This document shows, in pieces, positions 27,038 to 34,741 of a stretch of DNA of 64,000 nt. The position numbers were made by a program, and so were the translations under genes. Within the stretch, counting starts at the first letter, position 1; each line of letters begins with the position of its first letter. Under the pieces are notes generated by a model. That model was not told the DNA's origin. It worked only from the letters and a program-made list of their open reading frames with translations, and searched no databases. The stretch covers positions 2,854-66,853 of the forward strand of contig JAFGFH010000011.1 in the NCBI GenBank assembly GCA_016931175.1, in the 5' to 3' direction. The DNA comes from Nanobdellota archaeon (GTDB taxonomy: Archaea; Nanobdellota; Nanobdellia; Tiddalikarchaeales; Tiddalikarchaeaceae).

Positions 27038-27977
27038 TAATTTTTGCAGTTACGGAATCTTTAATCTTATTCTTAGAATTGAAAACAGTTACGAGCCTGT
27101 TCTTGACGCTTATTATAACTTCATTCTTTAACCAGCCGGGCAATACTACTCTGCCTTTAATCTTCTCACCTTTTTTGAAGACTATGGGCAAACTCTTAGC
27201 CTTGTGTATGTTAAAATCCGTTTTTGATAATAATAATCTCAAACCGTGCTTCTTTTCCAAACCTTTCAATAAGTTGTTAAAACTGTACCAGTTCTGCTCT
27301 TTCACATTTAACTTCCTGCCGTGCTTGTGGCGTTCAAACCTTTGAATGCCTAACTTCGCTCCTAATTTCTTTGCAAAGATTATCAAATCACTCATTGATT
27401 CTTCATTATAACCGGGAACCAGTACTGGAGCTATTAGTAATTCCATTCCAGACCCGACTATTTGTTCAGCTGTCTCTTTAATCTTGTTTATATCATACCA
27501 GTCAGAACCTGCCATCCTCTTAGCAATTTCAGCGTTTAAACTGTTAATGCTTAAGTTAATCCTGTCAAGCCCTGCCTTTGCCAGGCTCTTAATTAATTCC
27601 GGTTTTAACAAGACTCCGTTGCTTTGCATGCTAATTGTTTTAACACCAGTGTTTTTTCTTATTCCTTTAACTAATTCAACGATTTTGGAATAAAGAACTG
27701 GTTCTCCAATGCCGTCTATGTGAGCTTCAATATCAGCGCATTCCTTATAATCCACTATTTTGTTAAACTCTTCAATTAAAAACTTCACCTCAACCTCATA
27801 AGTGTTAAGCTTCTTAGAATCAGGGCCTTCATCAACACTGCAGTACACGCAGTTTAACGGGCATCCGCTTATCGGCCGGACCTGTATAATATTAGTGCCC
27901 CTGTCTATTAAACCGAAGACGTGAACACCTATTAGCGGTATGTTATCTTCTTTTCTTATAAAATAATGTTTTCTCAT
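26997..27977 (-). CDS. radical SAM protein (archaeal type with TRAM-like C-terminus)
   Basis: 'GCPLNCVYCSVDEG' CxxxCxxC cluster. The C-terminal beta-rich ~60 aa is 'KGEKIKGRVVLPGW...'. ATGA overlap with the upstream protease gene. Confidence 0.8.
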   Translation of the reverse strand: MRKHYFIRKEDNIPLIGVHVFGLIDRGTNIIQVRPISGCPLNCVYCSVDEGPDSKKLNTYEVEVKFLIEEFNKIVDYKECADIEAHIDGIGEPVLYSKIVELVKGIRKNTGVKTISMQSNGVLLKPELIKSLAKAGLDRINLSINSLNAEIAKRMAGSDWYDINKIKETAEQIVGSGMELLIAPVLVPGYNEESMSDLIIFAKKLGAKLGIQRFERHKHGRKLNVKEQNWYSFNNLLKGLEKKHGLRLLLSKTDFNIHKAKSLPIVFKKGEKIKGRVVLPGWLKNEVIISVKNRLVTVFNSKNKIKDSVTAKIIKTKHNLYLAEKI

Positions 27978-29737
27978 AACAGTAACCTGTAAGAGACTAG
28001 TAATACGAGCATTACACCTATTACTAAGCCGATACCTACTATGGTAAAATTATAACCCACTTCTTGAGGGTTTAAGTTGTTAAAGAGAGGAACCGTTATG
28101 CTTGACTCTATACTGTTAACCATTTGTATTGACAATAAAGAGAATTGCTTGGAGTATTCGAGAAATGTTAATGACTGTGCAGGACTGTCTTCCTCAAAGG
28201 TTTCAGAATACTCGTAATAAGACAATGCCATTATAGGCATTAAATCATTCGACTGCACTAAGTTAATATTCTGTCTGGCCTGCTTCTTTGACAATTCTAT
28301 TCTTCCGCTCACCTGCTCCAAGGTTATTCCTCTCAACTGCATTGCGAGATTAGCATTGCTTAAAGCCCTTAAACTCTCAAACAAAGAGTAGATGTAATTG
28401 CCTTCATTATAAGCCTGCCTGCTAGTATCCAAGTGATTAGTTGCAATAACTGAATATGTTGAGTAATCAACGGATTCCGCGTAAGTAATCATAGTATTAG
28501 CATTCTCTATCCTGCTTAAAGCCAATTCTTTAAGAAGCTCCTGGTTAAACTCTACATGCAATTCGTCAGTGAATGCTTCCTTTAAAGTAAGCCATGACCT
28601 GCTCGTCTCTAAACGCACGTAAGTAAATGCTACGTCATAAAATGCTGAGAATATATCATCCTGTTTGTAATACTCTACTGCTTCGTTGTATAATTGTTTG
28701 GCTTCAAAAAACCTGTCAACTGCTATATTAACTGCTTCCAAGTCATTAATGTGGTTTAATGTGAAAGGCTGGTTAATTGTTTCTTCAAAATCGTTAAGCG
28801 ATTGGTTAAGGAAATAAAGAAGTTCGTTCAAGTAAGCAGTGTCGTTTTTTTCAAAATAATTAATCAAGTAAGTAGTGTATAAAGAGTTAATGCTTGAAGT
28901 TACAGCATAACTTGCCGCACTGTAATAACTGTTGTTATTATACAATTCCAAAGTTTCAACTCTCTGGTTTAAAGTATTATTTATTAAGATGTCAATAATT
29001 GCTGAATCCTCTGGTGTTAAAGAGCTTATCTCATAAAAACTGTTCAAGTCATTGAATAAAGTGTTTGAATAATTCATCAAGTAATCGCTTAAAGGCTTCA
29101 TGAAATCATTGAACTCGTCAAAGTAGATAACGTCATCTAATTCCTCAAAGAAATTATTAGTGAAGTAACCGTAAGCTTCCCTAACAGTTGAAACCTCAAA
29201 GACTCTCATACCATTCTCGAACTCGTAATCACTTACTTCAGCAAGCTGGCCTTGAGGCACGAGGAAAGTAGTTATACCGTACTTGCTGGCAGCTACTGCT
29301 TTTTCTAACAAGCCTCCAATGTTGCCCACGCTGCCGTCAGGATTAACTGTTCCAGTCATTGCAACATTAGAATTAATTATTGCTCCTGATAGTTCAGCCA
29401 TTGACAATACAGTCATTGCGGCTCCGGCACTGGGGCCTCCAATCATTGGAAATTCTCCCCTGACTGTGTAAAAAAAGTCCTTATCACTGCAGTCAACACT
29501 CATAGTCTCACAAGCCACTTCCCTGGCAAGCCTTGCACTTGCTTGAGTATCTATCTCTGTCAAAGGAAGAGTATCCATGTAAACGTGATTACTTCCTTCC
29601 ATAACCTCAACATTAAGTGTGGCAATAACTCCTTCAAACTCTTCACCAACCTGCCTGACTCCTATTATAATAGAATCCGCACTGTAAGCAATGCTAAAAC
29701 AGGTTAATACGAGAAATACTAGAAATAATTTTCTCAT
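27974..29737 (-). CDS. exported, membrane-anchored Lon-type (S16) serine protease domain protein
   Basis: Signal peptide 'LFLVFLVLTCFSIAYSA'. Lon proteolytic domain with Ser in 'GGPSAGAAMTV' and Lys in 'GGLLEKAVAA'. About 380 aa of unknown helical region, then a C-terminal TM 'IVGIGLVIGVMLVLLVSY'. Confidence 0.75.
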   Translation of the reverse strand: MRKLFLVFLVLTCFSIAYSADSIIIGVRQVGEEFEGVIATLNVEVMEGSNHVYMDTLPLTEIDTQASARLAREVACETMSVDCSDKDFFYTVRGEFPMIGGPSAGAAMTVLSMAELSGAIINSNVAMTGTVNPDGSVGNIGGLLEKAVAASKYGITTFLVPQGQLAEVSDYEFENGMRVFEVSTVREAYGYFTNNFFEELDDVIYFDEFNDFMKPLSDYLMNYSNTLFNDLNSFYEISSLTPEDSAIIDILINNTLNQRVETLELYNNNSYYSAASYAVTSSINSLYTTYLINYFEKNDTAYLNELLYFLNQSLNDFEETINQPFTLNHINDLEAVNIAVDRFFEAKQLYNEAVEYYKQDDIFSAFYDVAFTYVRLETSRSWLTLKEAFTDELHVEFNQELLKELALSRIENANTMITYAESVDYSTYSVIATNHLDTSRQAYNEGNYIYSLFESLRALSNANLAMQLRGITLEQVSGRIELSKKQARQNINLVQSNDLMPIMALSYYEYSETFEEDSPAQSLTFLEYSKQFSLLSIQMVNSIESSITVPLFNNLNPQEVGYNFTIVGIGLVIGVMLVLLVSYRLLL

Positions 29738-29774
29738 TGCTTTATTTATAGAGTAATGCGAGTTTTATATTTTT

Positions 29775-30680
29775 TTAGTATTGATTCCTCTCATAATCAA
29801 AATGAGGTATTCTCTCCCTGTTTGATAAGGCTATCATCTGTTCTCTCTGCCCGTCGGTTATTCTTTCGGCAATACTAATCCTTTCATCTAATTTTGCCCG
29901 CTCATATTGTTCAATAATCTTTTTATTAAGAAACACTGGTTTTTCAATCAAGACCTCTATCTCTTCCCCTTTTTCAATCCTGCCGTCTATAAAGATTATA
30001 GTATAAGGTATGCCTGCAGGAAACTCATGTTTTAACAAGACACTATTCATTAAGCAATACTTTGATGCTCCTTTCTTAAATGTTCCAAAGGTCTTAGTCT
30101 CATCATAGTTCTTATTCCTTGTTCCTTCCGGGAAGATTAAGACCAAATCCCCTCTGCTAAGAGTGTATGTTATGGCATTATCAACCTCAGGAGTTGCTAT
30201 TCTCTTGCCTTCAGCATTCATATCAAGCCCGATTCCGCCGCAGCTTTCAAGAATTTTGCCGACCAGTTTCATTTCAAGGTTTTCTTTTTTAGAAACTCCT
30301 CTTACAAATAACTGCTCTGGTATTAAAGAACCTAACAGGAAAGGGTCAATGAATTTCTTATGATTAGGCAGTATTAATCCAGGATAATGATTCTTAACAT
30401 AAAATTCCAGATTTTCCAAATCATTAGAGAAGACATTATATTTTTTAGTTAAAAAAGGAACTAGTTTCTTAATCCCAACGCTTTGAAAAAAATCGTGCAA
30501 ATAATCATACTCTGCCTCAATACCCTGCTTTCTTGCTTTCCTCAAAAAATAACCTGCAAATAAGGCTTTCAATATATTATACTTCTTACCGGTTCCAGCA
30601 CTGCCCTCAACACCATTAAGCTCTAATTCATTAATTAATAACTCATCAGAGAAAAATTTTTGTGCGTATTCAACAACCAT
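29775..30680 (-). CDS. PlsC/LPLAT-family acyltransferase
   Basis: HX4D block 'LPNHKKFIDPF' and block III 'IFPEGTRN'. Confidence 0.7.
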   Translation of the reverse strand: MVVEYAQKFFSDELLINELELNGVEGSAGTGKKYNILKALFAGYFLRKARKQGIEAEYDYLHDFFQSVGIKKLVPFLTKKYNVFSNDLENLEFYVKNHYPGLILPNHKKFIDPFLLGSLIPEQLFVRGVSKKENLEMKLVGKILESCGGIGLDMNAEGKRIATPEVDNAITYTLSRGDLVLIFPEGTRNKNYDETKTFGTFKKGASKYCLMNSVLLKHEFPAGIPYTIIFIDGRIEKGEEIEVLIEKPVFLNKKIIEQYERAKLDERISIAERITDGQREQMIALSNRERIPHFDYERNQY

Positions 30681-30755
30681 GGTAGGAATAAAAAATAACC
30701 TGTGGTTTATATTCTTTTAACGCTGATTAACTAATTCGGTAATAGACGAAGAAAA

Positions 30756-30827
30756 TTGTAATCAGAAGGTACTGCATCTCATCACAGCGAATAGCTCTGG
30801 CCGCCTGTATCCTTCATCATCTTACAA
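30756..30827 (-). ncRNA. candidate C/D-box sRNA
   Basis: The minus strand reads TTGTAA-G-ATGATGA(C)-28 nt-GTGATGA(C')-GATGCAGTACCTT-CTGA(D)-TTACAA. A perfect 6-bp terminal stem flanks the C and D boxes. No canonical D' box is present (only CAGA). It sits in a 210-nt intergenic region with a local G+C rise. Confidence 0.45.
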
Positions 30828-30890
30828 GTATTATTATTAGAAGAATCATTATAAAAGGTTTTTTAAAACGTTTCTGAATCCAATAATTTC

Positions 30891-31805
30891 ATGAATGTTC
30901 TTGCAGGCAAGACTGTTAAAATTAAGACTAAGAATTACACTATTGCTCTTGACGGGGACTGCAAAGACACTGATTACTCCTTTTTAAGCCACGCCCACGC
31001 TGACCACTTGTTTAAAACAAGCAAGAAAGTTGTTTGCAGCGACCCTACTTGCATAATATCACATCTCAGGGGCAAGAGTATTGTTCAGGAAAAATCCTTG
31101 AATAATATTGAACTATTAAACTCAGCCCACATCCTTGGAAGCAAAAGCCTTCTGATTAAAGAGGGCGATGAGAGGTTATTATTCACCGGTGATTTCAGCA
31201 CGAATACGAGAGGATTCATGAAGGGTTTTAAACCAGTAAGGTGTGATACTTTAATAATTGAGTCAACCTTCGGCTCTCCCTTCTTCATATTCCCTGATTA
31301 CGAAGAAGAGATGAAGAAGGCCAAGGACTGGGTTGATGATAATATTCGAAAGGGTTACTTAAGTGTTTTAATGGGCTACTCTCTTGGTAAGAGCCAGGAA
31401 CTGCAATACTATTTCAAGAATTATAACAAGTCAGTTAATGAAAATATTAGCTTATACAACAAAATTTACGAAGATTATGGTATAAGTTTAGGCAGTAATA
31501 GCTTGCCTCAGAATAGTGACTTGTTATTCACAACTCCCATGAGAACGAATAATAATTATTTTAACAGTTTGAGGCGGAAAAAAGGTTTAAGGTTTGCAGT
31601 CTTCAGCGGGTGGAATATGATACCTAGTTACAGGAAGAGGTTCAACGCTGATGCGGGTTTCACTGTAAGCGACCACGCTGACTTTAAAGGCCTTCTTGAA
31701 GTGGTTAAGAAATCAAAGGCTAAGACTGTTTACGTTAACCACGGGAACAGCGAGACCTTCACGAATTTTTTAAGAACTGAAGGAATTTGTGCAATTAATT
31801 TATAA
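30891..31805 (+). CDS. metallo-beta-lactamase fold nuclease (beta-CASP-like)
   Basis: 'SHAHADH' (HxHxDH) and a C-terminal 'SDHAD...VNHG', as in beta-CASP/ligase-associated exonucleases. Confidence 0.65.
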   Translation: MNVLAGKTVKIKTKNYTIALDGDCKDTDYSFLSHAHADHLFKTSKKVVCSDPTCIISHLRGKSIVQEKSLNNIELLNSAHILGSKSLLIKEGDERLLFTGDFSTNTRGFMKGFKPVRCDTLIIESTFGSPFFIFPDYEEEMKKAKDWVDDNIRKGYLSVLMGYSLGKSQELQYYFKNYNKSVNENISLYNKIYEDYGISLGSNSLPQNSDLLFTTPMRTNNNYFNSLRRKKGLRFAVFSGWNMIPSYRKRFNADAGFTVSDHADFKGLLEVVKKSKAKTVYVNHGNSETFTNFLRTEGICAINL

Positions 31806-31825
31806 ATTAGATATTTATCCAATTA

Positions 31826-32572
31826 TTGAATATGATACTTCTCGTTAGCACTGGATGCTACCACAAGGTAGAGGACGACACGGATACTATTATTAAGAAA
31901 ATAATCAGGAAGAAGGATGTTAACGGTTTTGAATTAAACATTGCAAGTGCTGAAACCTTCATGAAATACGTTCCTGACAAGAGCATTTATTATTACATTA
32001 GTAAGAGTTTTTGCAACACTTTACACTCTCCTAGCAAGAACATAAAATACTCAGTTAGTGATGATGATTCGAAACAAGTGCTTTATAAACTATTAGAGTT
32101 TTACAAAGCGTTCAAGTGCAGGAATATAACATTCCACATAGATAAGTTAGAAGAGCCTGAAAAAGTTAAAGACTTGTTAAGAACTTCTCTTTACTTCTTT
32201 GAAAACATTAGCGTTGAGAATCCTGACAAGAGGTTTGAAGGAGACAGTGTTGAAATGGTTGAGAACTTTTTGCTAGAGCACGAGGATTACAATTTCACTC
32301 TTGACTTATGCCACGCTCTTGAAAGAAGAACTAATGAATTATCAGACTTTTTGGACTCAAAGATTATCATGGAAAGACTATGCGAGGTTCATTGGAGTTT
32401 CCCAGGAGGCAGTTTTAAACACGACGTTTACAGCGAGCACTTTCCTGAAATTAAGAGATTAAAGTCAAAAACAGGCTTCAATACTTTCCTAGTGATAGAG
32501 ACGGATTTAAGGCCTGAATTAAAAGAAAGGAATATTATCAAGAAAGAGATTAGGTATGCCAGGAGTTTTTAG
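31826..32572 (+). CDS. hypothetical protein (likely true start ATG 31832)
   Basis: The track start is a TTG, and an ATG lies two codons later (MILLVSTGCY). There is a weak hint of a TIM-barrel sugar-phosphate isomerase/endonuclease IV-like fold (HLD..., 'LVIETD'), but I cannot support it. Confidence 0.45.
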   Translation: MNMILLVSTGCYHKVEDDTDTIIKKIIRKKDVNGFELNIASAETFMKYVPDKSIYYYISKSFCNTLHSPSKNIKYSVSDDDSKQVLYKLLEFYKAFKCRNITFHIDKLEEPEKVKDLLRTSLYFFENISVENPDKRFEGDSVEMVENFLLEHEDYNFTLDLCHALERRTNELSDFLDSKIIMERLCEVHWSFPGGSFKHDVYSEHFPEIKRLKSKTGFNTFLVIETDLRPELKERNIIKKEIRYARSF

Positions 32573-33081
32573 AGCTTCTTCCACTTTGACTCCCAGTAAG
32601 TAACGTCTCCTTCATCATCAACTATTGCTGTAACTGCTGATTTATTAACGCCGTGACTGAGTCTCATTAATTTACTGAAATCTTTCCAGGAAAACTTCTC
32701 ACTCTCATTATAACACGAGATTAACCAATCAGCGTGCTTGCTTCCAGGCTTAACTCCTTTATCATACACTCTATAATCAAAACCGTACTTTAACGCTGTC
32801 TTTACAACGTAACCCTTTTCTTTCAAATCAGAGAATACCTTATACCTGAGGTTGAACCTCTTATCCATCCTGAATGCTTTCTTAACAAGTTCTTGTTCAG
32901 TAATCTTCTTATTCTTATAAGAGACTTCTAACTTATTTTTCTCCATCAAGTATAATGCTTCAATAAGCGATAATTCCAATTTAGCCCTGTTTAATACGCC
33001 AATATAACCTTTAGAGTGCAATGAGTTAGCTAGTTTCTCATCACGTACTATTACCTTATCGCCTAAGAATTCAGCCGTCAT
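32569..33081 (-). CDS. endA: tRNA-splicing endonuclease (short, homotetramer-type)
   Basis: 'LSLIEALYLMEKNKLEV' and 'YKVFSDLKEKGYVVKTALKYGFDYRVY...HADWLI'. 170 aa. Confidence 0.88.
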   Translation of the reverse strand: MTAEFLGDKVIVRDEKLANSLHSKGYIGVLNRAKLELSLIEALYLMEKNKLEVSYKNKKITEQELVKKAFRMDKRFNLRYKVFSDLKEKGYVVKTALKYGFDYRVYDKGVKPGSKHADWLISCYNESEKFSWKDFSKLMRLSHGVNKSAVTAIVDDEGDVTYWESKWKKL

Positions 33082-33091
33082 GTTAAGTAAT

Positions 33092-34741
33092 TTAATACTT
33101 ATTCGCTTCTTTTATTTCTTTCTTTACGAAAGCGTACACGATTATCAGGAAAAGAGTGAATCCTGTTATTAAAGAAGCATTAGTGGCGGTTCTCATAATC
33201 AAACCAGTGACTCCGTTGTCATAATAAGTTGTGTTTGCTTTTCCGTAAGCATTATTTCCCTCCATTACCACCTGGAAGGATTCAACACCGTATTCTTTAT
33301 GTATAAGCATTAAAGGTGTTAGCGTGAATGTTGAACTCTGGCCAGCGTCCAGCGTGAAACTCATATTGTCAATCTCATTATAAGCAAAGACGTGCATAGT
33401 GTAAGTGTTTTGTCTCGTACCATTATTATGAACAGTGACTTTAGTATTATTGTCAAAGAAGCTTGGCTGAAGCTCTAAAAATCCGTTGTAGCATTCACCG
33501 TAAGGCTTAACGTGCAGGGTTGCGCTGTCCTCTTTGGTTAAACTGCAGCTGTCAGTGCTCACGCTTAGCAAGTAAGCGGTTAAGTCTCCAGCTGGCAAGT
33601 CCACACCTGATAGTGTAATGTTCACCTTCCTGCCCGCGTCAACCTCGTAATACCTTGAGAGATTAGTTTCTCCAAACAAGAAGAATGCATCATAAGAGTT
33701 CTTCTTAACACCAGTGTTTTCTATTGTGAATGTAACGTTCTTAGCGTCACCTTCGCAGACATTGTTAAAGTCTTCATTTATCCAAACGTTCTGGTCATAA
33801 CAGTTCAACACGTTATAATTTACTGGAACAATAACTTCACCTAATAGTGAAGATTTTACTAGCAAGCTTGTAATCTTGTAACCCTTATCCTCGCAGCTGG
33901 TTGTTATATTAAATCTTATTATCTTGCTCTGCCCAGGGTTTAAAACGAAAAAAGTATCGTTTAATTCCAAAACCTTGCTCTTCGTTGAAACGTTGTAAAA
34001 GTCAGTGTGAACTCCTTCATTAGTTATCTTCAAACTATGAGTCTTCATATCCCCTTCGCATAATTCTATATCACTAACTTCGTATCCCATGAAGTCGCAG
34101 TCGCTTATGTTTAAGACGTACTCTTTATAGTCTGAGTAGAATTCATTCTCTGCAAGTATTTGCAGCCTGTTGTCATTAACGTCTTCTTCATAAAAAGTTA
34201 GAGGGTATTGTTTAACCTCTCCTGGTGAAACAATAGCAGTGAAAGAAAACCTGCCTGAGTTAACATTAATGCTCTCTTCATAAATTCCTGTATTCTCAAT
34301 ATTTAGTGTATAATTTATTCCCCCATTAGTGCAGTAACTTTCCTGTAAATCATTTACTGAAACGTTAAACAAGTGGCAGTTAGTGACGTTGAAATCGTAA
34401 TGGTAACTAGTCTTTCCTGTCTTTGAATTATCAACTATGATATTCAAGTCATAAACTCCTTTGAAAGGCAGGTAAGTTTCAAAACTTATCTTTTTAGACT
34501 CGCCGTTTGACAAGAAAAAACTAGTATCTCCTAATATGCTGGTGAATATTGCTGCTTTCCCTCCTGCAGATATCTCGTAATAAACGGGCGAACCCATGTT
34601 GTTATAAATAGTTACAGAATCTTTGAAATAAGTCTCGCTGCAAACCGTTGCAGCATTAGCTGCTGAGACTAAAAAAATAGTAATAAAGAAATAAAAAAGG
34701 AAGCGTTTCAAAGCTTTAAAGCGCCTCCTTATTACTTCCAA
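33092..34741 (-). CDS. secreted surface protein with repeated CARDB/NEW3-like beta-sandwich modules and C-terminal TM anchor
   Basis: Signal-like N-terminus 'FFITIFLVSAANA'. Repeated 'xxNTG/NEG/NNG + aromatic' strands ('IENTGIYEESINV', 'ITNEGVHTDFYNV', 'IENTGVKKNSYDA', 'VHNNGTRQNTYTM'). C-terminal TM plus a basic tail. Confidence 0.7.
   Translation of the reverse strand: MEVIRRRFKALKRFLFYFFITIFLVSAANAATVCSETYFKDSVTIYNNMGSPVYYEISAGGKAAIFTSILGDTSFFLSNGESKKISFETYLPFKGVYDLNIIVDNSKTGKTSYHYDFNVTNCHLFNVSVNDLQESYCTNGGINYTLNIENTGIYEESINVNSGRFSFTAIVSPGEVKQYPLTFYEEDVNDNRLQILAENEFYSDYKEYVLNISDCDFMGYEVSDIELCEGDMKTHSLKITNEGVHTDFYNVSTKSKVLELNDTFFVLNPGQSKIIRFNITTSCEDKGYKITSLLVKSSLLGEVIVPVNYNVLNCYDQNVWINEDFNNVCEGDAKNVTFTIENTGVKKNSYDAFFLFGETNLSRYYEVDAGRKVNITLSGVDLPAGDLTAYLLSVSTDSCSLTKEDSATLHVKPYGECYNGFLELQPSFFDNNTKVTVHNNGTRQNTYTMHVFAYNEIDNMSFTLDAGQSSTFTLTPLMLIHKEYGVESFQVVMEGNNAYGKANTTYYDNGVTGLIMRTATNASLITGFTLFLIIVYAFVKKEIKEANKY

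Noticed and set aside
30681-30890. tRNA, SRP RNA or RNase P RNA in the large intergenic region
   Set aside because: No acceptor/T-arm pairing or conserved SRP/RNase P motifs could be drawn. The only structured signal is the C/D-box-like element reported separately.
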